Shown: positions 50,276 through 61,802 of the stretch, one piece after another | How positions within the stretch are numbered: position 1 is the stretch's first letter | How the letters are laid out: the number at the start of each line of letters is the position of its first letter | Assembly: GCA_963816145.1 (NCBI GenBank) | Contig: CAWFJP010000016.1 | Span: 32,001-96,000 of the forward strand | Length of the DNA stretch: 64,000 nucleotides | Origin: an uncultured delta proteobacterium | GTDB taxonomy: Bacteria > Desulfobacterota > Binatia > UBA9968 | Reading direction: 5' to 3' | Made by a program: the position numbers and the translations under genes | The notes under the pieces: model-generated | Database searches by the model: none | Seen by the model: the letters and a program-made list of their open reading frames with translations, nothing else | What the model was told of the DNA's origin: nothing

Positions 50276-51247
50276 ATGCTTCATAGCGGGCCGCTGATAA
50301 GCATTGGCATGCCGGTATACAACGGTGAGAAACTCCTCCACCAGGCGCTGAGAACCTTCTTAGAGCAAACCTATGACCAGTTCGAAATAGTCATAGTAGA
50401 TAACGCTTCCTCGGATAATACGAAGACGATTTGCCTTGAGTATTGCGCTAAAGATTCTCGAATTCGCTACTACCGTAACAGTTCCAATATCGGCGTCTAC
50501 GCCAATTTCCGTCGCGTTCTGGAGCTGTCATCAGGTGATTACTTCATGTGGGCGGGAGTGGACGACATTCGAGCTCCGAACACTCTCGAAATTTGTCTGA
50601 AGGCACTGCTCAAAAACAAGCGAGCAGTCATGGTCCACGGCCCTGTGCTGTCGCAGGGAAAAGGAAGCGAGACGCTCGTGGAGATCGCCAACGGCGCAAA
50701 CCTCTCCCATGGTAGGGCCGCGGCTCGCATTCGGGCGTTCATAAAAGGCATCGAGCACAACGCAATCCTCTACGGGCTTTACAGAAGAGACGCGGTGACC
50801 AGAGGAACGTTCGGTAACTGCCTCGGACAGGATTATCTCCTTGGCTTACAAATGTGCCTGCTCGGTCCGATCGAGTACGTGCCCACTCCCATGATTGTCT
50901 GTCAAGAAAGAGGGTCTAGGCACAGCGACAACCCGATGTACACCGACGGACCTCTAACGCTGCGGGATTTGTTGCGGGGCCGCGGACACAGGAACAAAAA
51001 GTGTTGGACTGTACTGCTGAAGGGGCTTTTCTATCTAGGCAAAATCCGCGGCGTAACTCTTTCCGAACGAATCGATGCGCTGGCCGCTCATCTGCTCACC
51101 TTCAGCTCCGTCTATCGTCATCAATTGGTCAAAGAATTGGTGCTGCAAGCTCTGACTCCGGTTACCTTGATGAGCCTGCTGATTTGGCGTCTGACCCGAG
51201 ACTGGGAATACGCCCGAAAACTGCACGCCAGGTTAAAGCAGATTTAA
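50276..51247 (+). CDS. GT2 glycosyltransferase
   Basis: SIGMPVYNG, VDNASSD, YFMWAGVDD. Confidence 0.92.
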   Translation: MLHSGPLISIGMPVYNGEKLLHQALRTFLEQTYDQFEIVIVDNASSDNTKTICLEYCAKDSRIRYYRNSSNIGVYANFRRVLELSSGDYFMWAGVDDIRAPNTLEICLKALLKNKRAVMVHGPVLSQGKGSETLVEIANGANLSHGRAAARIRAFIKGIEHNAILYGLYRRDAVTRGTFGNCLGQDYLLGLQMCLLGPIEYVPTPMIVCQERGSRHSDNPMYTDGPLTLRDLLRGRGHRNKKCWTVLLKGLFYLGKIRGVTLSERIDALAAHLLTFSSVYRHQLVKELVLQALTPVTLMSLLIWRLTRDWEYARKLHARLKQI

Positions 51248-51264
51248 CGCACCGCTGATTTATT

Positions 51265-52331
51265 ATGAAAGACAATTCAAACCATGAAGCCGAGGTCATC
51301 GAGTCTCTCGGACTGGGCCTACGCGCTAATGGCGGCTGCTTTATCGTGGCCGAGGTCGCCCAGGGACATGACGGCAGTCTCGGTATGGCGCATTCCTATA
51401 TCGATGCGGTGGCTAGCGCCGGGGCTGACGCCGTGAAGTTCCAGACTCATATCGCAGCCGCGGAAAGCACGCCTGGAGAGCCGTGGCGTGTTCCGTTTAG
51501 CCGTCAAGACGCCACGCGCTACGCTTATTGGAAGCGGATGGAGTTTACCGAAGAGCAATGGCACGGCCTCAAGTCACACGCGACTGATCGCGGCATTACC
51601 TTTCTAAGCTCCCCCTTTTCCAACGCAGCGGTAGAATTGTTAACCAGGGTCGGTGTCGCAGCCTGGAAGATCGCCTCCGGAGAGGTCAATAACACCGTCA
51701 TGTTCGAACGCATCATGGCAACCCGACTGCCGATCCTGCTCTCGACCGGAATGAGCTCGCTGGAGGAGATTGACGCTGCCGCCGCTCTGGTACAGCAGCG
51801 CGGCATCCCTCTAGGGATATTGCAGTGCACCTCCCTCTATCCCTGTCCGGCGGAAAAGGTCGGCTTGAACCTCATTCCATTTTTTCGAGAACGTTACCAA
51901 TGTGCCGTCGGACTTTCGGATCATTCAGGAACGATCTATCCGGGGCTGGCGGCAGCAGTAATCGGTATCGACGTCCTCGAGGTCCACGTCACTTTCAGCC
52001 GTGAAATGTTCGGTCCCGATGTGCCTTCCTCTCTCACGATCAGCGAGCTGAAACAACTGACCGAGGGAATCCGCTTCATAGAAACAATGAAAGAACATCC
52101 CATCGACAAAAACGAAATGGCGCAAAATCTCCTGCCGATGCGCGGTCTCTTCACCAAGAGCGTTGTGACCCAGGTGGACCTGCCCGCCGGCACCCATTGA
52201 AAGAAGAGCATCTGGCGGTAAAGAAACCGGGAACCGGTATTCCGGCCACTCAATTTGACCAAGTCATTGGTCGTACCTTATGCCACCCTGTCAAGGCCGA
52301 CCAAATTCTCATGGAATTTGATTTTTGCTGA
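51265..52331 (+). CDS. neuB: N-acetylneuraminate synthase family (NeuB/SpsE), frameshift ~52197 before SAF domain
   Basis: AEVAQGHDG, AVKFQ, KIASGE, SDHSG; continuation KKPGTGIP in another frame. Confidence 0.88.
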
Positions 52332-52448
52332 AAATCCGCACGCTCTAACGCTGTAAATGTCCATCGAAATCATATCGGCCAGGATGCAATCCCAGGGGTT
52401 GCGTATAGAGCATCCCGGACTGCCATGCGAACCAAATTGGAGCGCAAA

Positions 52449-53214
52449 ATGAAAAACAGCCAACCAATCAGCAAAGCGGTGGTATTCCTCCGCGAGTGAA
52501 AACAAGACGAGGGCAACGTTTTTTTGAGTTATTCAAGAACTGCCCGGTTCCGAACAGTGAGCTGCTATCAAATCTTGGCTTGTTCATTAAGCGACAGGAC
52601 TTGTCGAAAATTCTCTTCCTCAATGATCTCTACAAGAAGAATTATCGAGGTCCATGGCGTTGTTATCGAGTTCGGCGTTAGATGGGGAAACAACCTAGCA
52701 TTGTTTGAATCGCTGAGAGGGATTTACGAACCTTTCAATCACAATCGGAAAATTATCGGGTTTGATACCTTTGAAGGGTTCAGCGTCCGTACACGAGAAA
52801 GATGGAACCTCGGATATTGTGAAAATCGGGGCTTACCAGGTTACGGACCATTACGAAGACTATCTAGAAAAGGTGTTGACCTATCATGAACAGGAAAGCC
52901 CGATCGCTCACATCAATAAACACCAATTGATCAAGGGTGATGCTACCGTCGAGGTGGAAAAATATTTCAACGCTTATCCGGAGACGATTGTGGCATTCGC
53001 GTATTTCGACTTCGATCTCTACGAACCGACAAGAAAATGCCTCGATGTTATTAAAGATCATATCACAAAAGGAACCGTGATCGCGTTCGACCAATTAAAT
53101 GATCACGATTTTCCAGGAGAGACATTAGCGCTAAAAGAAGTGTTTGGATTAGACAGATTCAAGTTAAGGAAGAGTGTCCACAGCTCAGTGCAATCGTATC
53201 TGATTGTCGAATAG
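52449..53214 (+). CDS. TylF/MycF-family O-methyltransferase (two frameshifts)
   Basis: EFGVRWG, GFDTFEGF, KGDA, FDFDLYEPT. Confidence 0.8.
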
Positions 53215-53283
53215 TCGTACCCGTCTAGGCAAGCTGGAAGTTTTTCTGACGAGTTAATCTTCAGGAATTGCTAACAAAATGAC

Positions 53284-55174
53284 ATGGACATCGAGCAAGG
53301 TTCTATGGCGCGCTCTAGTTTGCGACAAGAGATTGACCAACTCATAGAGGCCGATTCTGCATCGTCTGCATCTTCGTGTCTCGACCGCCTTTGGCGCGAG
53401 GAGGCTGGACCATCTGCCGCCGGATTTGTGGTGTCTCGTTATGAGAACCTACGCCCGTTGCTACACCTGACCCCGAGCCGTTTGTTTATCCTACGATCAT
53501 TTACTGTGGAACCCGTCGTTCCACTCTTACGAGCCGCAGCTTTCGTGAATGGAATGGACTTGACTGTGCAGGTCGGCGATTTCAATGCCTACGCCCAGGA
53601 AATACTGAATTCAAATAGCCGTGTTTACAGTTTCGCTCCGGATCTGGCAATCCTAGCCGTTCAAACCCGTGATGTGGCACCCATCTTGTGGGAGGACTAT
53701 ACGACGCTCTCATCTGCAGAAGCCACCGCTGTAGTCGAACAGGTTGTCGCTAGTTTTCAGAATTGGGTTCGTGTGTTTCGCACACACAGCAAAGCATCTC
53801 TTGTCATTCATACTCTGGAGATGCCGTTTCTTCCCGCACAGGGTATCTTGGACCATCAACTAGAAACGAGTCAGGTCGCGGCCGATTCAGCAGATTAATC
53901 AAGGCCTGCGTCGTCTTGCCAGGGAGCAAACCGGCGTTTATGTCCTTGACTATGATGGCTTAGTTGTCGCTATGGCCGTATGCGATGGTTCGACGAACGT
54001 AAGTGGCTAACGATGCGCATGCCGATTGCTGCCGATCACTTAGTTCATCTGCGGTAATGAATGGCTCCGCTTCGTACATCCCGCTTGCGCGGCAAATCCT
54101 GTAAAGCGCTGGTCACTGATTTGGACAATACGCTCTGGGGCGGCGTGATCGGAGAAGACGGCATGGAGGGTATTCGGTTGGGTAACGATTACTCGGGCGC
54201 ACCATTCCAGGCTCTCCAACGGGTCATGCTGGATCTCTACCAACGAGGCATCATCTTGGCGGTTTGCAGCAAGAATAACCTTGCGGACGCCATGGAGGCT
54301 TTGGAGAAGCATCCAGGCATGCTCTTGAAGCCGGATCACTTCGCGGCCCTGCGCATCAACTGGACTGACAAAGCGCAGAATCTGCGGGAGATTGCAGCCG
54401 AGTTAAATATCGGACATCGATACCTTAGCTTTTTTGGACGACAATCCTGTCGAGCGGGAGCGCATCCGTACCGAATTGCCGGAAGTAACCGTCATCGAAC
54501 TCCCGACGATCCCATGGATTTTGCTCAAAGCGTTGCGAGAGACTCCGGTATTTGAGCGCCTGAATCTCTCTGAAGAGGATCGTGAACGAGGACGCTACTA
54601 TGCAGATCAACGCCAGCGAGTGGAACTGGAACAAAGCTCCGCTTCTCTGGAAGACTTTTATCGCTCTTTGAACCAGGAAGTGGAGATCACTTCTGTTACC
54701 CCAGGGACCCTTACGCGAGTCGCGCAGCTCACGCAAAAAACCAATCAATTCAATCTTACGACACGACGTTACAGCGAGCAACAAATATCCGAAATGGTCA
54801 ATAATTCGGCCTGGAAAGTTTATTCGATTCGGGTCAAGGATCGTTTTGGTGACAATGGCATTGTCGGTGTGGCGATCACCCACGATTACGATGACATCTG
54901 CGAAATTGACACCTTTCTCATGAGCTGTCGAGTTGTCGTCCGGACCGTCGAGACTGCCGTCTTGTCGTTCCTGATTGAACAGGGCCGACGCGCAGGAAAG
55001 CAACACCTTCAGGGTTGGTTCTTGCCGACGAAAAAGAACGATTTGGGCAAGCAATTTTATTCGACACATGAATTTCAAATCGTCGATCAGAATAATAGCG
55101 GTACGTTGTGGGCATTGGATTTGAGCAAGCATAAGACCAGCTGCCCTGAATGGATCCAATTAACTCGTCGATGA
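53284..55174 (+). CDS. FkbH-like HAD-IIIC glyceryl transferase with GNAT tail (several frameshifts)
   Basis: LRSFTVEP, DLDNTLWGG, CSKNN, DDNPVER, KTNQFN, DRFGDNG, MSCRV. Confidence 0.88.
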
Positions 55175-55224
55175 CGGGTTGCAAATCACAAATTGATCGG
55201 CGCTCAATCGATTCCATGGTTTCC

Positions 55225-55623
55225 ATGAACTTTAGCCACATTGGGATTGCCGTGGCCAACCTTGGCGAAGCGATGGCCTCTTATCGAACAATCTTTGGCT
55301 ACAGGATTTGTTCTGGACCATTTGTCGATCCGATTCAGAAAGTAGAAGTATGTTTTCTATCAACGAAAGAAGCCGGAGGCGTGACCATCGAGTTGGTAAC
55401 ACCAGTCAGTGATGATTCGCCAGTGAACCGGATTTTGGCCAAGGGAATCGGTGCGTATCACCTCTGCTACGAAGTAGTTGATATTGACGCAGCGCTCAAG
55501 CACGTTCGCTCCAGCGGATGTCTGGTGGTGAGCGAGCCCGTTCAAGCAATCGCATTCGCGGGCCGGCGTATTGCATGGTTCTATACGCCGACAAGGCAGC
55601 TTACAGAGTTGGTGGAATGTTAA
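55225..55623 (+). CDS. VOC-family protein (methylmalonyl-CoA-epimerase-like)
   Basis: HIGIAV, IELV.P, YHLCYEV, ELVE. Confidence 0.85.
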   Translation: MNFSHIGIAVANLGEAMASYRTIFGYRICSGPFVDPIQKVEVCFLSTKEAGGVTIELVTPVSDDSPVNRILAKGIGAYHLCYEVVDIDAALKHVRSSGCLVVSEPVQAIAFAGRRIAWFYTPTRQLTELVEC

Positions 55624-55654
55624 CACAGGCTTGGATTAAACGAGGACACAAGAT

Positions 55655-55903
55655 ATGAATTCGATGATTTCCCAGCATGTGCGACGCATCATGGCTGACC
55701 TCTTTTCAATGCCACTTGGACAAATCAGTGCTGAACGTCTCCCGGACTTGGTGAGCTGGGATTCCATTCAACACTTAAATTTTGTCCTGTCTGTGGAACA
55801 GGAGTTTGGCGTAGCATTCAGACCCGAGGAAATCGAGTCGATAAACTCGGTAAGAGGGATGATCGATACGTTGGAAAATAAGCTGACAATTCCTTCGAAA
55901 TGA
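55655..55903 (+). CDS. Acyl carrier protein
   Basis: WDSIQHL phosphopantetheine site; 82 aa. Confidence 0.85.
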   Translation: MNSMISQHVRRIMADLFSMPLGQISAERLPDLVSWDSIQHLNFVLSVEQEFGVAFRPEEIESINSVRGMIDTLENKLTIPSK

Positions 55904-57027
55904 CGATTGAAATACGCTACGCGAAAATTGGCGATTATCCGCGAATTAGTGGATTCTTGGACCAGTATTGGGAACGAGATTATATCTATGTACGAAATCC
56001 GAAATTATTCGATTGGACCTTCGGTCGAAACGAGTTGTGGCATCAGGAATGATACAGTTTCGCGTTGATGGAAGACCGCGACGAGTTGGTTGGGGTTTTC
56101 GGCGCCATTCCCTTCGACTTCAACTGCTTTGGGCGAAATACCCGAGCCGTATGGTTTGCCAACTACATGATCCGTCCGGATTATCGCCGGGGCGCTTTGG
56201 GTATGCGGCTTCTCGGCGCCTTTAACGCTTACAAGCTAAGAACCGTATTCGGCATGAATCCGCGAGTGACACCTATTTATCAACGCCTTGGCTGGAAGAT
56301 CTTACCGGCAATTCCACGCCACTTCATGGTGCTGCCAGAGGCGATGAGCAGAGCCGCTAACGTCATCCGTATAGCGCACCCTGAATGCGCCGTCGATCGC
56401 GCGGCGCGGCTCGCCGGATGCTTTCAAGTCCCCGGCATTCCGGAATCGTGCGTATCTTATGCTCGTACGCTGCCGGCGGATTGGGACACCAAAGATTGGT
56501 CGCAATTCGCCTCCACGACCATTGGCGCGGCCCGCAATTTGGACTATCTCAAGTGGCGCTACTTGAACCATCCCTGCTTTGAGTATCGCGTGCTCGCGGT
56601 TCCCGAAAGACATCGCACCGGGCTAGCCGTCTGGCGCCTGGAGATGATTCGCCATCTGACTCCTCAAGGCCGATGATGAATAGATCTTATCGGCAGACTG
56701 GTTGAGTTCTTACCCGCCTCGAAGGACAACGCCAAAGACCTCTTCTCGGTATTTTGCAAAGAGCTCTTGGAGACCGGTGCTCTGGGCGCTGACTTTTATA
56801 GTTTTCACAGCCAATACTCGGCCTGGCTGAAAGAGTTCAATTTCCATTGTGTCGACGACCATCCGGATGGAGCGCTGATTCCGTCTCGACTCCAGCCGTT
56901 GGATGCCAGGCCTGGAAACATTCTCGGCGCAATCATTTCGGAAGATACGCTCGCTTCCCATCCGGAAGCTTCGAACTGTTCGTGGTATTGGACCAAATCC
57001 GACGCCGACCAGGATCGCCCCAACTGA
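55900..57027 (+). CDS. GNAT-like acyltransferase (frameshifted)
   Basis: IRPDYRRGALG acyl-CoA motif, R.LDYLKWRY..HP, C-terminal D.DQDRPN. Confidence 0.6.
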
Positions 57028-57036
57028 CACCTCTCC

Positions 57037-57972
57037 ATGGAACCTTATTTACACGTGGTCATGTACCATTACGTCCGCGACCTGCCACGTACGTCCTTCC
57101 CGAAGATAAAGGGCATGCATACGCGAGACTTCTCAGCGCAAGTTACAGCTATGAAAGGGCAATATGAGATGGCGACTTTAGAGTCCGCCTTGGCTTTTGT
57201 TAGCGGTGTCTATGAGCCCAAGAAAGATCTCTGCCTCCTGACCTTCGACGACGGTTTGAAAGAGCACTACGCGGAAGTCACACCCTTGCTTCGTGACGCC
57301 GGAATCCAGGGATTGTTCTTTGTCATCAGCGACTGCCTGGAACAGCGACATGTCGCGTCGGTACACATGAATCATTTTCTCATGGCAGCCATGAACTTCG
57401 AAGAATATCGAAAGTCCTTCTTGGCACGGCTTAATGAAATTTCACCCACACCAGTGCAAGCAGCGAACCTCGATAAAGCGGTGGTTCAACGCACCTATCG
57501 TTGGGACAATTACGAAGTGGCTTCATTCAAGTACCTCTTCAATTTTCTCGTGCACCAAAACATCCGAGACAGCGTTCTCAAAGAACTTTTCGAGGAAAAT
57601 ATTGCCGACGAAGAATCGTTTTCGCAGGATCTCTATCTCAATTGGCATGAAGCCCGCGAAATGCAATCGGCAGGAATGGTGATCGGCGGTCATTCTCACC
57701 AACACCGGCCATTGGCGGCGCTGTCTGAAGACGAGCAGGAGTCGGACCTGCGAACTTGTCAGGATCTTCTTCTGGACAATCTCTCTCCCCAATCGGTTTG
57801 GCCGTTCTGTTATCCCTACGGCAAGAGGGACTCATTTAATGAGAGTACCATCGACCACCTGAAAGCATTGGGATTTGCGTGTTCATTTACAACTGAGATC
57901 GGTTTCAATCCTGTTAACTCCGATTTATTTAACCTGCGCCGCGTCGATTGCAAGGACGCTCGAATCGACTAG
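57037..57972 (+). CDS. Polysaccharide deacetylase (CE4)
   Basis: MYHYVR, TFDDG, GGHSHQH, FCYPYG. Confidence 0.9.
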   Translation: MEPYLHVVMYHYVRDLPRTSFPKIKGMHTRDFSAQVTAMKGQYEMATLESALAFVSGVYEPKKDLCLLTFDDGLKEHYAEVTPLLRDAGIQGLFFVISDCLEQRHVASVHMNHFLMAAMNFEEYRKSFLARLNEISPTPVQAANLDKAVVQRTYRWDNYEVASFKYLFNFLVHQNIRDSVLKELFEENIADEESFSQDLYLNWHEAREMQSAGMVIGGHSHQHRPLAALSEDEQESDLRTCQDLLLDNLSPQSVWPFCYPYGKRDSFNESTIDHLKALGFACSFTTEIGFNPVNSDLFNLRRVDCKDARID

Positions 57973-57992
57973 GGCCAAATTTGGAGAAGCAA

Positions 57993-59262
57993 TTGCCTAA
58001 TCGAAACCCACGGAAAGTGTGTGTCGTATTGGTCGATCGGGCCAACTACGGGCGCCTTAAGCCCGTCATGAAGGCTATCGTCGATCATCCTGACCTGGAA
58101 CTGCAAGTCGTTGCTGCGGGCACTATGGTCTTGGAACGGTTTCATCAACCCGTCGAAATCGTTCGCCGGGACGGATTTCAGGTGGCCGGCGAGATCTATA
58201 TCGAACTCGAAGGTTCGACACCGGTCACCATGGCGAAGTCCGTTGGCTTCGGAGTGGTCGAATTTGCCAGTGAGTTTCAACGGCTAAAACCGGACCTGGT
58301 TCTCCTGATTGGGGATCGCTACGAAGCGATGGCGGCCGCCATCGCGGCGGCTTACATGAATATCTGTCTCGCCCATATTCAAGGCGGTGAGGTTTCTGGC
58401 TCCATCGATGAAAGCACGCGACACGCAATCACGAAGTTTGCTCAATTTCATTTTCCTAGCACCCGTCGGTCGGCTGAGTATCTCATACGGATGGGAGAAA
58501 GACCCGAAACTATTTTGGCTGTCGGTTGTCCGAGCAGTGACATTGCGCGCGATTTGGACCGAACCCTCTCTCCGGGCACTGCTCAATAACGTGGGCAGTG
58601 GGGCGAGCATCGATGTGACTCGACCATTTCTGTTGGTTATCTTTCACCCGACGACGACGGAATACGGCGTCGAACGGCGTGAAATGGAAGAGCTTCTGCA
58701 TGCCCTCGACTGTACAAGGATGCAAACGATTCTTCTCTGGCCCAACATCGATGCTGGCGCGGATCATATCAGCAAGGCGATTCGGATCTTCCGTGACCAA
58801 AACACGCAATCGTGGCTTAGAGCTTTGACCAATCTCAGCCCCGAGAATTACCTGAAAGTGTTGTCTAATGCGGCCTGCGCCATCGGCAACTCCAGCAGTT
58901 TTGTGCGCGACGCCAGCTATTTTGGCACACCCGTGGTCTTAGTGGGTGCGCGCCAAGACGGCCGGGAGATCGACGCGCACGTCGTTCCCGTGAGGCTGAA
59001 CAGAGATGAGATCTTTCGAGGGATTCGCTCCCAACTGGAGCATGGCCGGTATCGCCCCAGCGTGCTTTACGGCGACGGAAATGTGTCTGACCGAATCTCG
59101 CAAGCCCTCGCGCAGCTTGATCCCTATGTGCAAAAACGGCTGCACTATATCTATGACGGCGTGAACGGATGCAATGGAAAGCTACCTCCGCAAAATTTGC
59201 CGCTGGACTCGACCCAAAATGATTCCACCGTGGTCCCGACGCCCTATGATTTGATTGAATAG
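57993..59262 (+). CDS. neuC: UDP-GlcNAc 2-epimerase (hydrolysing), frameshift ~58575
   Basis: RANYG, GDRYE, HIQGGEVSG.IDE..RHA.TK, FHP.T, GNSSS, YGDG. Confidence 0.88.
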
Positions 59263-59264
59263 TC

Positions 59265-59972
59265 GTGAACATTTTAGGCATCGTACCTGCTCGAGGTGGC
59301 TCCAAAGGCATATCTCGAAAGAACATTACTCCTCTATTGGGAAAGCCGCTCTTAGCTTATACGGCCGAAGCAGCGTTGTCTTCGAAACGGCTCACGCGTA
59401 CGGTGCTTTCTACCGATGACGAAGAGATCGCGCAGGTAGGCCGTAGCTGCGGGTTAGATGTTCCATTCATGCGTCCCTCTGAGCTGGCGCGGGACGAAAC
59501 TCCCACCATCCCGGTTCTCCAAGACGTAGTTAGTAAACTGGCAGCGATGGATGAAACCTACGACGCTGTTTTTGTCCTTCAGCCGACAAACCCGCTCAGG
59601 AGGTCCACAGACATTGACGGTGCGATCGATCTGTTGGAAGAGGCAAACGCCGATTCGGTGATATCGTTCGTCGATGTGGGTGAAAAACACCCCGCTCGAA
59701 TGAAATTCATTACGCCTGACGGTCGCATCGTCAACCCGCCTTTTGCGGAGCTATTCGAGGGCCAGCGTCGCCAAGAACTCCCTAAGCTTTATTTGCGCGA
59801 GGGTTCAGTCTATCTGACTCGCCGGGCAATACTAATGGAACAAAATTCTATTCAAGGTCGCCATTGCCGCGCTTGGATCATTCCCGAAGATCGCGCTTGC
59901 AATATCGATACGCCGTTTGATCTGTTTCTTGCCGAGCAATTGCTCAAATATCATGCCCAGAAACAGGCTTAA
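59265..59972 (+). CDS. neuA: CMP-nonulosonate (acylneuraminate) cytidylyltransferase
   Basis: PARGGSKGISRKN, STDD, LQPTNPLR, NIDT. Confidence 0.92.
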   Translation: MNILGIVPARGGSKGISRKNITPLLGKPLLAYTAEAALSSKRLTRTVLSTDDEEIAQVGRSCGLDVPFMRPSELARDETPTIPVLQDVVSKLAAMDETYDAVFVLQPTNPLRRSTDIDGAIDLLEEANADSVISFVDVGEKHPARMKFITPDGRIVNPPFAELFEGQRRQELPKLYLREGSVYLTRRAILMEQNSIQGRHCRAWIIPEDRACNIDTPFDLFLAEQLLKYHAQKQA

Positions 59973-60952
59973 TATCCTGGTGGCGGAGTCTGACGGGTTC
60001 CCTGCCAAAGCTGCCGAGTATACTGCGACGCGCCGGCGACGTTGTTTATGCCGACCTTGATCGAAATGGGCTGTTGACCGCCGTGCCGGACGCACATGTC
60101 TTATGGGTTCGATTGAGAAATAGGATCGACGCGGAGGTTTTGGACGCGGCCAAGCGTCTCAAGGTCATCGTATCACCGACCACGGGCCTCAACCATATCG
60201 TCTTGGAAGAAACCGAACGGCGCGGCATCAGGATTCTTTCCTTGCGAGGCGAATCCGAGTTCTTGAGTGACGTCCGAGCCACAGCGGAACACACCCTGGC
60301 CATGATCTTCATGATCCTGCGGAAACTTGCCGGCGCGGTGGCTCACGTGAAAGCAGGCGGTTGGAACCGCGATCTTTTCAAAGGGCAGTGACTTACAGGG
60401 TAAAACCGTCGGCATCGTCGGTTACGGCACGGCTCGGACGAATCGTCGCGCGCTACCTCCAGGCATTGGATACACAGGTTTTGGCAGCGGATCCCGAGGT
60501 AATACCCGACAAGGTTGATCAAGGAGTAACGCATGCTTCCCCTGGAGCAACTTCTTGAAAGAGCCGATATCGTGACTTTACACGTCGATCTCCGCGCAGG
60601 GACGCAGAAGTTTTTCACGGCGAAAGAATTTTCCATGATGAAGGAAGGCGCCTGGTTCATCAATACTTCTCGCGGCGAGCTCATCGACGAAGAAGCGCTC
60701 TTGTCGGCGCTTCGCTCCGGCCGCCTCGCGGGCGCGGCCCTGGACGTTCTCCGCGCGGAAAATTCAGCAGGCATGGCAAGCCATCCGCTGGTCATCCACG
60801 CCCGCGATCACGATAATTTGATTATCACGCCTCATATCGGCGGCTGCACGACGGAATCGCTGGAGAAAACCGAGTTGTTTCTCGCAGAAAAGCTTTGCCA
60901 GCGAGTGCCCGCTTGCTCTTCACGAACAGCAAGTTTTAAGCGTCAAATTTAA
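59953..60952 (+). CDS. D-isomer 2-hydroxyacid dehydrogenase (SerA-like), frameshifted
   Basis: TTGLNHI, ATAEH, GKTVGIVGYG, INTSRG, AALDV, TPHIGG. Confidence 0.82.
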
Positions 60953-61030
60953 CGAGTCAAATTGGTCAGGAAGATCGGCGTCTTGGCAGGTAGTTCCTGA
61001 TCGGCGCAGCCAAATTAGGTCGCACACTCT

Positions 61031-61712
61031 ATGTCATTCGAAAAATCCGATGCTTCAGGTAGCCCGTCGCTGCAATGGGATAACTTTTACGGCGACGGCA
61101 AACATGTTCAGTGGTGGCCTAGAGAAAGTATCATTCGTCAACTGGCCAAAAGAAAACGCGATCGCAGCTATCATCGCGGGCTTGATCTCGGTTGCGGGAT
61201 CGGCAGGAACTGCTGGTTGATGACGGTCTCCGGCATTGAAGCTTACGGTATCGATATATCGACGATCGCGATCTGAGCGGGCGCAAGCTAGAGTGCTTAA
61301 GGGCGAGTTTAGCGCCGATCTGAAAGTTTATGACGGCAAGAAGATTCCGTTCGATAATGACATGTTCGACCTGGTGATCGCCGATGGTGTCTTGGACCAT
61401 ATGATATTCGATGACGCTCGATCGCTGGCGCGGGAAATCCACCGTGTGCTGCGGCCGGACGGCGAGATGCTGCTGACGTTGGCTTCCACGCGGGACGATA
61501 GTTTTTCGGCTTTGCCCCCGGCTTCTTTGCGAACCTGCATCATTGACGATGGACCGGAGCGCGGGCTTATTCAGAGGTTTTTTAACGCAGCGGATTTGAA
61601 AGCGTTGTGCGACGATTTTCGAGAATTTGAAGTTGTTGAGCTCGAGGAGCACTGGTTCGGCGGCATGAACGGCAGATTGTCCAGTCGTTGGACTGTATCC
61701 TCACGAAAGTAA
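61031..61712 (+). CDS. Class I SAM methyltransferase (frameshift ~61270)
   Basis: LDLGCGIGR, GIDIS, PF....FDLV, RVLRPDG. Confidence 0.82.
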
Positions 61713-61802
61713 ACTCACCGGGGCCGGTCGCCCAAAACAAAAATCACCCCATTAAAGAGCGTTTTTCCAACTTGAAGAAGCTTAGAACGAGAACGTACCG
61801 AT